The notes under the pieces were generated by a model, which was given only the letters and a program-made list of their open reading frames with translations, did no database searches and was not told the origin of the DNA. A DNA stretch of 64,000 nucleotides from an uncultured delta proteobacterium (GTDB lineage Bacteria; Myxococcota_A; Polyangia; Polyangiales; Polyangiaceae): assembly GCA_963763745.1 (NCBI GenBank), contig CAVXQJ010000016.1, positions 513,029-577,028 of the forward strand. Direction: 5' to 3'. How positions within the stretch are numbered: the stretch's first letter is position 1; every line of letters starts with the position of its first letter. The translations under genes were made by a program, and so were the position numbers. This document shows positions 1-11,242 of the stretch, in pieces.

Positions 1-639
1 GAAACGATCATGGACGGTCTTGCACTTGACCGAAGACTGTCACCGATGGTGCGAGGAGAGCGTGTGTCGCCTGGCATACTTGCGTACTTGCGTGGTGGCG
101 TGGGGTATGGAGGGAGTTGCCTTCCGAAAGACATTGCCGCGCTTCAGGCCTACGCACGTGGATGTGGAATTCCTACGCCCCTCCTCGACGCAGTCACCAC
201 GGTAAACATCGCGCGTCCGACGTCGATCGCGGACGTTCTAGGCCGGACGCTTTGCGGGCTTGAAGGAAAGACGATCGGCGTCCTTGGTTTGGCATTCAAA
301 CCGGAAACGGACGATCTGCGCGACTCACCAGCCCTGCCGCTCGTCGAAGAGTTGCTCAGGCGTGGTGCGCGTGTGCGCGCTTATGATCCAAAAGCGCATG
401 CTGCTGCCGCAGTGAAGCTTGGCGATCGTATCCAAATCGTTCTCGGCTCGGAAGAGCTTTTCATCGACGCACATGCCGCCGTCGTTACAACCGCATGGCC
501 GACGTTCAAGACGTGGGACTATGCAACGCTGGTTGACTCGATGAAGGAAAAAGTGATCGTTGACGGTCGCAACGCTTTACGCCACGTGGTGTGGCCCAGC
601 GGTACGCGGTACGTTCCCGTTGGTCGAGGGCTGGAATGA
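1..639 (+). CDS. Nucleotide-sugar (UDP-glucose/GDP-mannose family) dehydrogenase, C-terminal fragment (5' end outside window)
   Basis: ORF 10..639; catalytic-Cys motif GGSCLPKD and C-terminal UDP-binding domain pattern typical of the UDPG/MGDP dehydrogenase family; no start in window. Confidence 0.8.
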   Translation, partial: ETIMDGLALDRRLSPMVRGERVSPGILAYLRGGVGYGGSCLPKDIAALQAYARGCGIPTPLLDAVTTVNIARPTSIADVLGRTLCGLEGKTIGVLGLAFKPETDDLRDSPALPLVEELLRRGARVRAYDPKAHAAAAVKLGDRIQIVLGSEELFIDAHAAVVTTAWPTFKTWDYATLVDSMKEKVIVDGRNALRHVVWPSGTRYVPVGRGLE

Positions 640-1622
640 CGAGGCCGGGCGACGGCGTCTTGGCACGTTACGTAAGGGCACTGGATGTCGCATTCCGCGC
701 GCCGAACAAGCACTTGGCCCAGGAGCAAGCCCGCAACGTGCTGCTTGACATGGCGGCCGACGAGCGTGCGCTCAGAGCCACCGTTGCCCGCCATTTGTCG
801 CAAACCGAAAGTCTCAATACCAAGAATTTTCCGTCGCTCGGGTTCGAGATCTCGACGACACCCCATTATGCGCTCGTGGCGAACGCATTCTTTCCGCATC
901 CACGGGCGGACACGGACGTCACGTGCAACTCCGTGCATCACCACGGCGAGATGCTACTGACTACCGTCACGGCGTTTGGCTCCGGTTACGAGCATTGGCG
1001 GTTCACGACTCCGGAGGTGCTCGATCCCCAGCGTCATCTTTTCAGGATCGCCCTGGTTGATCGCGAGCTCCACAAACGTGGGCACGCCTCGTTCGTCGAC
1101 GCATACATGCCGCATGCTGTCATGTTCCCGCGGTCGCTCACGCTAACGTATGCACTGTGGAGCAGTCGCCGGCGCGTGAGGTGGACAGATCATGTGAAGC
1201 GTTGGAGGCTCTTTCGCGGTCGTGAGAAGGCGCTCCGCGCCGTCGCGGTTCGGCTCGGGCTCCGCCGCGCCCTCGATTTGAAGGTCGCACGCTACTTCGA
1301 CTACTATCCGGTCGACGGCGGCTTCTGCGGGATGCGCGAGCGGCAGCAGTTTGAGCGTGGCTCAAACGAAGACTATCTCCAGAATCTGTTCTTTATAATG
1401 CAACAAACGCAGTGCGACGATCTTGCCGTCGATATCGAGCGCCACCTCGGCTCGGGGCGTGTCATGAACGTGCTGGCGGTGCGGCGATTCCTCGAGAAGC
1501 TACGCCGTGGGGAGCCCATGGCGCCGCGGTTTTCGGACCGCATTCACATGGATATCCCGCACATGAACTTCAAGTCTGACGCAATCCTGCGGAACGTGAG
1601 CGCGCGCGCGCCGGCGGCATAA
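636..1622 (+). CDS. Hypothetical protein (His-rich; possibly cupin/oxygenase-like)
   Basis: Frame of ORF 591..1622 with start moved to ATG 636 (MTRPGDG) that overlaps the upstream stop as ATGA; protein-like composition; no confident family. Confidence 0.45.
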   Translation: MTRPGDGVLARYVRALDVAFRAPNKHLAQEQARNVLLDMAADERALRATVARHLSQTESLNTKNFPSLGFEISTTPHYALVANAFFPHPRADTDVTCNSVHHHGEMLLTTVTAFGSGYEHWRFTTPEVLDPQRHLFRIALVDRELHKRGHASFVDAYMPHAVMFPRSLTLTYALWSSRRRVRWTDHVKRWRLFRGREKALRAVAVRLGLRRALDLKVARYFDYYPVDGGFCGMRERQQFERGSNEDYLQNLFFIMQQTQCDDLAVDIERHLGSGRVMNVLAVRRFLEKLRRGEPMAPRFSDRIHMDIPHMNFKSDAILRNVSARAPAA

Positions 1623-1625
1623 GCA

Positions 1626-2465
1626 ATGAGCGCGAACTCTCTGCCTCGCCGAATCGTCAAGCGCGTCGCCAGGCGCGTCCTCGACGAAGATAAGTACAGC
1701 TACATCCAGTGTGGCGCCAAAGCGTGGGATATCTGGCGTGGCAGCTGGTACGAGCCCGAATTGGACATCATTCCCTTCGCCGTCAAACAGGGTGACGTCG
1801 TAATCGACGTTGGCGCGAATTTCGGGTTGTACTGCTATCACCTATCACGTGCCGTCGGTGTGACGGGCAAAGTATGGGCGTTCGAGCCCGTGCCTTTCAC
1901 GCACAAGACGCTGAAGCGTGTGGCCGGTGTCTTTAGCTTGAAAAACGTCGAAGTCGTTCCGAAGGGGTGCTCCGAGCGGAACGAACGAATCACTTTCAGT
2001 GTCCCACTCGCGCCGATGGGCACGATGAGCGCGGGCATGGCCTTCATTGGCACGCGAACGCACGACCACCCCGGCCGGGAGACGCAGGTTCGTTGGCAGG
2101 CAACGCGAGAAGTCAGCGGCGATGTCGTTCGCTTGGATGACTATATGCCCAGCGTCGCGGACATCTCGTTCTTGAAGTGTGATGTCGAGGGTGCCGAGCC
2201 GTTCGTATTTAGAGGGGCGACGCGATTGCTCGACAAGCACTTACCAACACTCGTCTGTGAGATTAACCCGTTCTATCTCGCAGGATTCGACATGCAACTC
2301 GACGATTTGCTTGGGCCCCTGTACGCGCGTGGATACGAGAGCTATCGTCTCGATGATGCGACGAAGAAGCTTGTGCGCGTGAAACCGACCGATATCGTCG
2401 AGGACAACTACGTCTTCGTGCACCCGCGGCGCCGCGCGCGCCTCTTAGCGTTACTACAATCATAG
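1626..2465 (+). CDS. FkbM-family methyltransferase
   Basis: VIDVGANFG ... FEP motifs characteristic of FkbM-type SAM methyltransferases; sits in sugar-nucleotide gene context. Confidence 0.75.
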   Translation: MSANSLPRRIVKRVARRVLDEDKYSYIQCGAKAWDIWRGSWYEPELDIIPFAVKQGDVVIDVGANFGLYCYHLSRAVGVTGKVWAFEPVPFTHKTLKRVAGVFSLKNVEVVPKGCSERNERITFSVPLAPMGTMSAGMAFIGTRTHDHPGRETQVRWQATREVSGDVVRLDDYMPSVADISFLKCDVEGAEPFVFRGATRLLDKHLPTLVCEINPFYLAGFDMQLDDLLGPLYARGYESYRLDDATKKLVRVKPTDIVEDNYVFVHPRRRARLLALLQS

Positions 2466-2469
2466 ACCA

Positions 2470-3243
2470 TCACGGCCACTTCTTCCACGCGGCGCGCCCG
2501 CTCGCCCATTCGTTTTCGAGAATGTGCTTGTCACGAAGGGTGTCGAGCGGATGCCAAAATCCGCGGTGCAAATACGAACCGAGTTGGCCGCTCGATACAA
2601 GACTCTCGAGCGGCTCGCGCTCCCAAACGGTGTCGTCGCCACCGATGTAGTCGAGCACCTTGGGCTCGAGGACGAAGAAGCCTCCATTGATGTAGCCGCC
2701 GTCGCCCATCGGCTTTTCTTGAAACCGCCGAACGCGTCCAGCGTCGAGCTCGAGCGCACCGAAGCGCCCTGCGGGTTGTACGGCGGTCAATGTCGCGAGG
2801 AGGCCATTTTTTCGGTGCGTTTCGATGAGCGCTTTGATGTCGATGTCCGCCACGCCGTCGCCGTAGGTCATACAGAACGGCTCCGCCTCGCTCAGGTGTG
2901 AGCGAACGCGCTTCACGCGCCCACCGGTTTGCGTCAACTCGCCCGTGTCGACGAGTGTCACGCGCCAGGGCTCGGCCTTTGTGTCGTGAACCTCCACGCT
3001 GTTTTTTGCGAGGTCGATCGTGACGTCCGAAGTGTGGAGGAAATAGTTCGCGAAGTATTCCTTGATGACATAGCCCTTGTAACCAAGCGCAACGACGAAG
3101 TCGCAGATGCCATGCGACGCGTAGATCTTCATGATGTGCCAGAGGATCGGCTTGCCACCAATCTCGATCATGGGCTTCGGGCGAACGGCGGTCTCTTCGC
3201 TGAGCCTCGTACCAAGACCTCCTGCGAGAATGACGGCTTTCAT
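2470..3243 (-). CDS. rfbF: Glucose-1-phosphate cytidylyltransferase
   Basis: [18 protein letters not shown]...[18 protein letters not shown]-terminus and length (257 aa) match RfbF/DdhA. Confidence 0.85.
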   Translation of the reverse strand: MKAVILAGGLGTRLSEETAVRPKPMIEIGGKPILWHIMKIYASHGICDFVVALGYKGYVIKEYFANYFLHTSDVTIDLAKNSVEVHDTKAEPWRVTLVDTGELTQTGGRVKRVRSHLSEAEPFCMTYGDGVADIDIKALIETHRKNGLLATLTAVQPAGRFGALELDAGRVRRFQEKPMGDGGYINGGFFVLEPKVLDYIGGDDTVWEREPLESLVSSGQLGSYLHRGFWHPLDTLRDKHILENEWASGRAAWKKWP

Positions 3244-3270
3244 GAGACTCGACCGGGTATCATGACGCTT

Positions 3271-4092
3271 CTACCAATCCAAGCCCGTCTCCGCACCGAA
3301 CCACGCGACGCGCAACACCGAACGGGCACGGTCGAGCGGCTTGTCGGGACCGAGTCGCGTGAGGAGAGTCGCCAGAAGACCGTCGACGTCGCGATCGGAC
3401 GCTCGGCGCAATGCGCTCAAGTAGAGCTGGCGTCCGGGCTGAAGGCGATCGCGCATCATCTCCCATGCTCGACTCCCGTGTGATCGCGACATCCAATCCG
3501 CAACGACCCAACCGATGGTGGTGCACTTCGCTTCACGAAGGCGCGCGACCAATGCGTCGGCATCGAACAGGGGATGGAGGACTACGCGTTCGAGATCGCG
3601 GACGGACCACGAAAAGCTCTTGAGCAGCTTGTCCTTGAAGACGTTCACCACGAGCACAACCGCGTGATCGTGAAAGTCGGGGACCAGACAATCGAAGCCG
3701 TGCTCGCGCGAGTGCGTCGCGCGTTGGATCATGTCCGTGACCTGTAGTCTGCACATACCCGGCGGGCCGACGTGACCTTCGACGTCGATGCACACGTGGT
3801 CGATTGCGGCGACGACGTTCACGTAGCTGTGAAGCCGCTGGACGATGGGCCAACCTTTGCGACTCGCAAGGCGCGCGACCCGCGCAACGTCGCGCGGTGC
3901 GACGCGCACGTCCACGTCCGTCAACATGCGCTCCGCCGGATCGTCATACAACGTGTACGCCGATACGATCCCCTTCACCGGAAGCACCGGAATTCCCTCC
4001 GCGTCACACGCCTCGATGAACGTGCGCGCCGCGCGCAAGTACGTCATGTGGCGCGCCCACGCGGCGACCTTCGACGAAGCTTCAGCGGCCAC
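3271..4092 (-). CDS. Uncharacterised nucleotidyltransferase-family protein
   Basis: GIPVLPVKG...DVDVRV pattern resembling the NTP_transf_5-type family; 27 nt upstream of rfbF on same strand. Confidence 0.45.
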   Translation of the reverse strand: MAAEASSKVAAWARHMTYLRAARTFIEACDAEGIPVLPVKGIVSAYTLYDDPAERMLTDVDVRVAPRDVARVARLASRKGWPIVQRLHSYVNVVAAIDHVCIDVEGHVGPPGMCRLQVTDMIQRATHSREHGFDCLVPDFHDHAVVLVVNVFKDKLLKSFSWSVRDLERVVLHPLFDADALVARLREAKCTTIGWVVADWMSRSHGSRAWEMMRDRLQPGRQLYLSALRRASDRDVDGLLATLLTRLGPDKPLDRARSVLRVAWFGAETGLDW

Positions 4093-4150
4093 GTTTCGAG
4101 GTGTAGCGCGTCATGGTATGTTCGTCGCCCTTCCGCGAGGGGTCTTCGAC

Positions 4151-5605
4151 ATGAAATTCGTCTATGCGCTCGGTGGTTGTTCGCTTCTTGCTGGGTTCGC
4201 GCTGTTCGATTGCAGCAGCCCGAGCCCGTGCACCGGTGCCTCATGCGTCGATGCGTCCCAAGTGCCCGGCGTGTCGGGCGGCGGCTGCGATTCGGGCAAA
4301 CCCGCTTCGCAAGGCGGATGCGCCGTCGACGACAGCGATGGGTTCTTCGTTTCGCTCACCGGGAGCGACACGGCGACGGGCGCGAAGACGGCGCCGTTTC
4401 AGACGATCAACAAAGGGATCTTGGCGGCCGCAGCGAACGCGCAGAAACCGAACGTCTACGTGTGCGCGGGGACGTACGCCGAGAATCTCGTGATTCAAAA
4501 TGCGCCCGCGGGCGTCGCGATTCACGGCGGGTTCGACTGCGCGAGTTGGGCGCCGGGCACCGCGCCGACGACGGTCGCACCCGCGTGGCAAACGGGGAGC
4601 ACGTCGCCGCAGTTCGTTCTTCACGTGCTCGGTGTTGCGGCGGTCGTGGAGGGCATGACGCTCACCGCGCCCGACGCGACGGACCCGGGCGCGTCGAGCG
4701 TCGTGGCGTACGTCGATGGATCGCCGGGGATGACATTTCGTCGTGCGACCGTGACGGCAGGCGCGGCGAGTGATGGTGTGACCGCTACACCTCCCGCGCC
4801 GCTTGCTGCAGCGGCGAACGGGAACGCTGGTGCGTTCGAGACGGTTGCACCAGCGAAGAGCTGTCAGTGCGCGTCGGATACGACGATTGGTGGACAGGGT
4901 GGTGGGCTCAACGATGCGGGCGTGCAGATCGACGCAGCGCCCGGTGCTCCGGTGATCAACGGCGACACGACGAAAGGGCAGGCGGGGATCGGCTACGACA
5001 TCGACGCCTCGTGTTTTGGCGGCGTCGGCTCCGACGGAATCGTGGGCAAAGCAGGCACGAGCACTGGAACGTATGGCGGGCTCACGAGCACCGGTTGGAT
5101 GCCTTCACCGGGCGGCGCGGGAACGAGCGGCGGCACGGCCCAAGGTGGTGGAGGTGCGGCGTGGCCCATCTCTGGGAACACGGCATGCGGCGGAAGTGGT
5201 GCGTGTGGAGGGTGCGGAGGGATTGGCGGAATGGGCGGCAGCGGTGGTGGTGGAAGCATTGCGGTTGCGGCATCGAGCTCCGTGCTGCGCGTCCAAGCAT
5301 CGACCATTCACGCCGGCAAAGCAGGTAACGGTGGTGATGGGAGTGCGGGTCAAGCAGGTCAGCCTGGTGGCACTGGTGGAGGAGGCGTGTGCACCGGCGG
5401 CAACGGCGGAACCGGCGGCGCAGGTGGCGCAGGTGGCGGCGGCGCCGGTGGCGTCTCGATCGGCATCGCGACGTTCGCGACGACACCGGACGTCGACGCG
5501 CAAAGCACCGTGCTCTCGGGCACCGCAGGTCAAGGCGGTCACGACGCGACGGCCACACAAACGAAAGCGATCGACGGCATCGCCGGCGCCGTTCACTCCT
5601 TCTGA
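4151..5605 (+). CDS. Gly-rich right-handed beta-helix lipoprotein (DUF1565-like)
   Basis: Start moved to MKFVYALGGCSLLAGFALFDC (lipobox) within ORF 3845..5605; FFVSLTGSDTATG...PFQTI resembles DUF1565 / pectin-lyase fold; long GGxGG tracts. Confidence 0.6.
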   Translation: MKFVYALGGCSLLAGFALFDCSSPSPCTGASCVDASQVPGVSGGGCDSGKPASQGGCAVDDSDGFFVSLTGSDTATGAKTAPFQTINKGILAAAANAQKPNVYVCAGTYAENLVIQNAPAGVAIHGGFDCASWAPGTAPTTVAPAWQTGSTSPQFVLHVLGVAAVVEGMTLTAPDATDPGASSVVAYVDGSPGMTFRRATVTAGAASDGVTATPPAPLAAAANGNAGAFETVAPAKSCQCASDTTIGGQGGGLNDAGVQIDAAPGAPVINGDTTKGQAGIGYDIDASCFGGVGSDGIVGKAGTSTGTYGGLTSTGWMPSPGGAGTSGGTAQGGGGAAWPISGNTACGGSGACGGCGGIGGMGGSGGGGSIAVAASSSVLRVQASTIHAGKAGNGGDGSAGQAGQPGGTGGGGVCTGGNGGTGGAGGAGGGGAGGVSIGIATFATTPDVDAQSTVLSGTAGQGGHDATATQTKAIDGIAGAVHSF

Positions 5606-5609
5606 TCGT

Positions 5610-8075
5610 TCATCGACCGCGCGGCGGCGGAGGCTGCGCGTTCAGCGGATCCTCCGGCCACGCGTGCCGCGGATACTTCCGCATCAGCTCGCGTCGCAGC
5701 TTCGGGTAGTGACGCTCCCAGAAACCGGCGAGGTCCGTCGTGACTTGCACGGCGCGGTGGTTCGGCGCGAGCAAGTGGAGGACGAGCGCGACGCGTCCGC
5801 CGCCGATGCGCGGCGTGTCGCGCAGGCCGAAGAAATCTTGAAGGCGTGATTCGACGTAGGGATCTTTTCCGGGCTCGTACGCAACGCGCGCGACGCGGCC
5901 GCTCGGGAGCGTGACGCGCGCGGGGGCGAGGCGATCGAGCGCGGCATGATCGATCGACGCGCGCACGAGATCGGCGACGCCCGCTTCGCGAAGCTCGGCG
6001 AAGCTCGCGCGGCCGTCGCAGCACGCGCGAAGCGCATTTTCGATCGCCGCATCATCGACGAGCGCGACGGACGCATCGACGCGATGCGCGAACGCGGCGC
6101 GCTCGCGCACGGAGTCGAGATCGCTCGCGTTCGACGGCGTGAACGCCGCCGCGCCGCGCTCCTTCGCGGCAGCGAACAAAAGCGCGCTCGCTGTTTCGCC
6201 CGCTGCGGCGGCGCGCGTCTCTTCGATCGCGAGCCCGTCGAAGCGAAGACGCGTGACGCGCTCGGCGCGCTCGGCTTGCGCGTTCCACTCGTCGCGTGTC
6301 TCTTCATCGAGTCGCTCGGGCGCGATCTCGACGAGCTGCTCCGGCGTCACTTCGCTCACGATGCGCGCCAAGACCGAGCTCCCGCGCTGCTCGACGTCGA
6401 CGACCACCATGAGCGGCGCGTCGCGCACGACGCTCGTCTCGGCGAGCTCCGCCTTTCCACCCGCGAGCGCGAGCGAACGCCCAGAAAGCCGCCGCGCCAC
6501 GCGATCCGTGTATCCTGCAAGTATCGCCGCGAGCAGCGCGTCCTCCGCCGCCTTCTCCGAGAGCCGCTGCTTCTCTCGAACGAGCCGGCGCAGTTGTTTG
6601 CGCGCGAGCTCGACGCGCCTCACCGCGCCGCGATCCACGTCTGTCATGTCGTGGAGGCTGTCCATCATCGCGAGCACGTCGGAGCGATCCGTCGGGAGGT
6701 CCGCCGCGCGAACGTGCTGGCCGGGGCGCATGCGCGTTGCGAGTCGGATGTCGCGTTCGCCGAGGAGCGCGGCGGCGGTGACTGCGTCGTCCGCGACGCC
6801 GCGCGCGATGCCTTCGACGACGACGCGCGCGACGCGCGGGTGAAGTGGAAGACGGATCATCGCGCGTCCGATGTCGGTGAGGCGCGGGTCGATCGCACCG
6901 AGTCGTGCGAGCAGATCCTCCGCCGCGGCGATCGCTTTTTGTGGTGGCGCGTCGAGCCACGCAAGCTCCTTCGGGTCGATCCCGTTCGCGCGAAGCTCGA
7001 GAACGACCTCGGCGAGATCGGCGCGGAGAAGCTCGGGTGTTTCGTGCTCCGGGCGCGCTTCGAAGTCCGCGCGCGAGTACAGACGAAACGCGCGTCCTTC
7101 ACGCGTGCGACCCGCGCGGCCGGCGCGCTGCACGCACGACGCGCGCGACGCCTTCTCGACGCGAAGCGACGGAAGCCCCGTGTACGGCGAATGCTCCGCG
7201 CGCCGCACGAGCCCGCTGTCGACCACGCATGCGACGCCGTCGATCGTCACGCTCGACTCGGCCACGTTCGTCGACACGATCACTTTGCGATCGCGCGACG
7301 GGAGCACGGCGCGATCCTGTTCGTCGGGTGGCAGGTCCCCGTGGAGCGGAAGAACGATCGCGCCGTGCTTCTGCGCGGCGCTCGCGCACGCGTCCATCGC
7401 GCGGCGGATCTCCGCTGCGCCCGGCAAGAAGACGAGCACGTGACCGTCCGTCTCTTCTGCGAGCGCGCGCCTCACCGCGGATGCGACGCGAAGCTCGAGG
7501 ACGCGATCATCGGGTGCGTCTTCATACGCGACGCTGACGGAATACGGACGCCCCGCGGAGCGCACGATCGGCGCGCCCAAGAACTTCGCGATGGGCTCCG
7601 CGTCGAGCGTCGCGGACATCGCGACGATGACGAGATCGCGCCGCGTCGTCTCTCGCAGCCGCTTGATTCGCGCGAGCGCAACATCGGTGTGCACGCTTCG
7701 TTCGTGGATCTCGTCGAGCACGATCGCCGACACGTTCTTCAAATCCGGATCGCTCGACAGCATTCGACCGAGCACGCCTTCGGTCACGAAGACGAGACGC
7801 GTGCGCTCGCCGCGCGCTTCTTCGAATCGCACGACGTACCCGACGCTCTCGCCGACTCTTTCGCCGCGCTCCTCCGCGACGCGACGCGCCGCCATGCGCG
7901 CTGCGATCCGCCGCGGCTCGAGCACGATGACGTCGCGTTCGAGCGCATCGAGAAGCATCGGCGGGACGCGCGTCGTCTTCCCCGCGCCCGGCGGCGCTTC
8001 GAGCACGCACGCACCCGCGCGCGCGATCGCATCGCGCACCTCACTGAGCACGTCGTCGATCGGAAGCGGCTTCAC
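5610..8075 (-). CDS. hrpB: ATP-dependent RNA helicase HrpB (DEAH-box)
   Basis: 821 aa; Walker A PPGAGKTT, DEIH box, HA2 and HrpB C-terminal region. Confidence 0.9.
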   Translation of the reverse strand: MKPLPIDDVLSEVRDAIARAGACVLEAPPGAGKTTRVPPMLLDALERDVIVLEPRRIAARMAARRVAEERGERVGESVGYVVRFEEARGERTRLVFVTEGVLGRMLSSDPDLKNVSAIVLDEIHERSVHTDVALARIKRLRETTRRDLVIVAMSATLDAEPIAKFLGAPIVRSAGRPYSVSVAYEDAPDDRVLELRVASAVRRALAEETDGHVLVFLPGAAEIRRAMDACASAAQKHGAIVLPLHGDLPPDEQDRAVLPSRDRKVIVSTNVAESSVTIDGVACVVDSGLVRRAEHSPYTGLPSLRVEKASRASCVQRAGRAGRTREGRAFRLYSRADFEARPEHETPELLRADLAEVVLELRANGIDPKELAWLDAPPQKAIAAAEDLLARLGAIDPRLTDIGRAMIRLPLHPRVARVVVEGIARGVADDAVTAAALLGERDIRLATRMRPGQHVRAADLPTDRSDVLAMMDSLHDMTDVDRGAVRRVELARKQLRRLVREKQRLSEKAAEDALLAAILAGYTDRVARRLSGRSLALAGGKAELAETSVVRDAPLMVVVDVEQRGSSVLARIVSEVTPEQLVEIAPERLDEETRDEWNAQAERAERVTRLRFDGLAIEETRAAAAGETASALLFAAAKERGAAAFTPSNASDLDSVRERAAFAHRVDASVALVDDAAIENALRACCDGRASFAELREAGVADLVRASIDHAALDRLAPARVTLPSGRVARVAYEPGKDPYVESRLQDFFGLRDTPRIGGGRVALVLHLLAPNHRAVQVTTDLAGFWERHYPKLRRELMRKYPRHAWPEDPLNAQPPPPRGR

Positions 8076-8077
8076 AA

Positions 8078-8139
8078 AAGATCGAAGGTCAGAAGAACCA
8101 AAATTCTTCTGACCTTCTGACCTTCCTGCTTCTCTTCTG

Positions 8140-8140
<1 letters not shown>
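8078..8140 (-). terminator. Rho-independent terminator-like hairpin; repeat family 3 copy 1 (approximate coordinates)
   Basis: Perfect 14-bp inverted repeat gaaggtcagaagaa / ttcttctgaccttc with 6-nt loop, followed on minus strand by a CUUUUG tract; lies directly 3' of the Q-rich gene. Confidence 0.5.
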
Positions 8141-9039
<899 letters not shown>

Positions 9040-9181
9040 GTGGGCGATCTCCTGTTTTGCGCGGCCTGAGCCGCCGTCTTTCGCGCGGGAAAGTGTCGCA
9101 GGTTTCTCGCAGAAGTGAAAGACCGCAAAATAAGGCAAAAACAGGGCGAAAACGGCATGTTTGTGCGAAAACGTTCATCGC

Positions 9182-10195
9182 ATGGAACTCGCGACGTGCA
9201 CGACGCTCGGGCTCGGTGGCGAGGCGCGAAGGCTCATCGAGGCGCGCGACGAGCGCACATTGATCGACACGGTGCGCGAGTGTGACGCGCGCGGCGAGCC
9301 GGTGTTCGTTCTCGGCGGTGGAAGCAACGTCGTCTTCGCCGACGAAGGATTCGATGGAACGATCGTGCGCGTCGCGACGCGCGGCATCGTGATCGGCGAC
9401 GGAGTGATCGACGTCGCGGCGGGCGAGCCGTGGGACGATCTCGTTTCGTGGATGGTGACGAGTGGCCTCGCGGGCACGGAGTGCATGTCGGGCATTCCCG
9501 GTCTCGTCGGCGCGACGCCGATGCAGAACGTCGGCGCGTACGGACAAGAAGTGAAGGACACGCTCCGCGAAGTGCGCGTGTGGGATCGTCAGAGCGCGCG
9601 CATGATGGCGCTCTCGCGCGAAGCATGCCGACTCTCGTATCGCCACAGCATGCTCAAGGAGACCGCGTCGCGATGGATCGTCTTGCGCGTCGCTTTCTCC
9701 GCGTCGAAATCATTGCAGAGTGCACCCATTCGGTATGCCGAGCTCGCGCGAGCTCTCGGCGTGAAGGAAGGCGACACGGCGCCGCTCGCGCGCGTTCGCG
9801 AAACCGTGATCGCGCTGCGAAGAGCGAAGGGCATGGTCCTCGATCCGAACGACGCGGACACGAAGAGCGCGGGTTCGTTCTTCGTGAACCCGACGATGGA
9901 CGAAGCGGCGTACGAAGCGCTCTCCGCGCGCGCGAACGAAAAGGTGCCGCGGTTTCAAGACGGCGATCGCGTGAAGGTGCCGGCAGCGTGGCTCATCGAG
10001 CGCGCGGGGTTTGCGAAGGGGACGGCGCGCGGGGCTGCGGCGATTTCGACGAAGCATGCGCTCGCGATCACCAATCGTGGCGGGGCGACGACGAAGGAAG
10101 TGATGGAGCTCGCACGCGCGGTGAGGGATGGGGTGGAGGGGAAATTTGGCGTGCGGCTCGAGGTGGAGCCGGTTTTGGTGGGGTGTTCGATTTGA
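9182..10195 (+). CDS. murB: UDP-N-acetylenolpyruvoylglucosamine reductase
   Basis: FAD-binding N-terminus (FVLGGGSNVVF) and MurB C-terminal domain; start chosen at MELATCTTLG. Confidence 0.9.
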   Translation: MELATCTTLGLGGEARRLIEARDERTLIDTVRECDARGEPVFVLGGGSNVVFADEGFDGTIVRVATRGIVIGDGVIDVAAGEPWDDLVSWMVTSGLAGTECMSGIPGLVGATPMQNVGAYGQEVKDTLREVRVWDRQSARMMALSREACRLSYRHSMLKETASRWIVLRVAFSASKSLQSAPIRYAELARALGVKEGDTAPLARVRETVIALRRAKGMVLDPNDADTKSAGSFFVNPTMDEAAYEALSARANEKVPRFQDGDRVKVPAAWLIERAGFAKGTARGAAAISTKHALAITNRGGATTKEVMELARAVRDGVEGKFGVRLEVEPVLVGCSI

Positions 10196-10204
10196 CGGGG
10201 GAGA

Positions 10205-10370
10205 AGAGGGGCACCCCTCCGCCGTGCTCGCCGTCGTCCTCGCTCGTGCTCGCCGGCAATGCGTGCAATATACATGTTTCGGCTGCGCGCGAGCTTGCGG
10301 GCGACGGCTGCGCGCGGCGGGTCCCCTCAGGCGTTCGCTTCGCGAACGCGAGGGGACGGGGTCTTCAATG
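10205..10370. repeat. MITE-like palindromic repeat family 1, partial copy A (approximate)
   Basis: Shares the family-1 modules ctcgtgctcg, tgcaatatacatgtttcg, gctgcgcgcgagcttgcgggcga and cccctc..gcgttcgc-t/g-aagcgaacgc..gagggg with copies at 18.8 and 25.5 kb. Confidence 0.6.
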
Positions 10371-10403
10371 GGTCGCTCGCGGTGATGGGCTGCGAAACGG
10401 TAC

Positions 10404-10526
10404 GGGCTGTCGTGTGATTGCACGCCAAACGCGAAAGATTCCTGCCAGCGCCGAGTGAGCAGCGAGTCGTGATTGCGCTGTCATGAATCTTTCGCTGGGG
10501 ATTGGCATGCAATCACACGACAGCCC
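10404..10526. repeat. Palindromic hairpin element family 2, copy 1; overlaps start of DUF559 gene (approximate)
   Basis: Arms gggctgtcgtgtgattg...gcgaaagattcctgccagcgc and gcgctgtcatgaatctttcgc...caatcacacgacagccc are reverse complements; second copy at 11.2 kb. Confidence 0.65.
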
Positions 10527-10863
10527 TTCTCAGTTCTTTCTCATCCAACGTGCGCGCGAGATGCGGCGTGAGCCGACTCGGAGCGAAGCTTTGCTCTGGG
10601 CGCAGATTCGCGGGCGCAAGCTCGGCGCTCGCTTTCGCCGGCAGGCTCCGCTCGATCGCTACATCGTCGATTTCTACGCGCCGTGCCACCGGCTCGTCGT
10701 CGAAGTCGATGGCGCAATTCACGATTCGCGAATCGAAGCCGATGCGATTCGCCAACGCGAAATCCAAGCGCTCTTCGGCGTTCGCTTCATTCGCATTCGC
10801 GCAGAGCTCGTCGAGCGCGACGTGCGCGCCGCCGTCCAGCTCGTTCGCGCCGCGCTCATATGA
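10483..10863 (+). CDS. DUF559 (Vsr-like endonuclease fold) domain protein, paralog 1
   Basis: RSEALLW...FRRQAPLDRYIVDFYAP...VVEVDGAIH matches the DUF559 signature; N-terminal 17 codons lie in the family-2 hairpin. Confidence 0.7.
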   Translation: MNLSLGIGMQSHDSPSQFFLIQRAREMRREPTRSEALLWAQIRGRKLGARFRRQAPLDRYIVDFYAPCHRLVVEVDGAIHDSRIEADAIRQREIQALFGVRFIRIRAELVERDVRAAVQLVRAALI

Positions 10864-11242
10864 GCGCCGCGCAGATGATGTCGAGTGCGGCTTGGATGTC
10901 GCGCTCGACGAGGTCGGACGAGATTCGGAGAACGCGGACGCCGTAGAGACGAGCAAGCTCAGCGTCGCGCCGCGCATCGCGCTCGCGTTGCTCCGCGTGA
11001 ATGCCACCGTCGACTTCGATGACGAGCTTGTAAGAAGCAACGAAGAAGTCCGCGATGAACGGATGAAGCGGATGCTGCCGCCGAACGCGAACGCCGAGCT
11101 GTTTGCCGCAAACGCGGCGCCAAAGCAGCGCCTCGCTTCGTGTCGGAGCTTTGCGCATCTCGCGAGCGCGTTGCGTGATTGAGAAGAGCGAAGGGCTGTC
11201 GTGTGATTGGTCGTGCATGCCAACTACGAGCGAAAGATTCAT
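10856..11242 (-). CDS. DUF559 domain protein, paralog 2 (convergent, 3' ends overlap by 8 nt)
   Basis: MNLSLVVGMHDQSHDSPS...RSEALLW...RRQHPLHPFIADFFVASYKLVIEVDGGIH; N-terminus is nucleotide-identical to the paralog over about 50 bp, the rest diverged at DNA level but conserved as protein. Confidence 0.7.
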   Translation of the reverse strand: MNLSLVVGMHDQSHDSPSLFSITQRAREMRKAPTRSEALLWRRVCGKQLGVRVRRQHPLHPFIADFFVASYKLVIEVDGGIHAEQRERDARRDAELARLYGVRVLRISSDLVERDIQAALDIICAALI

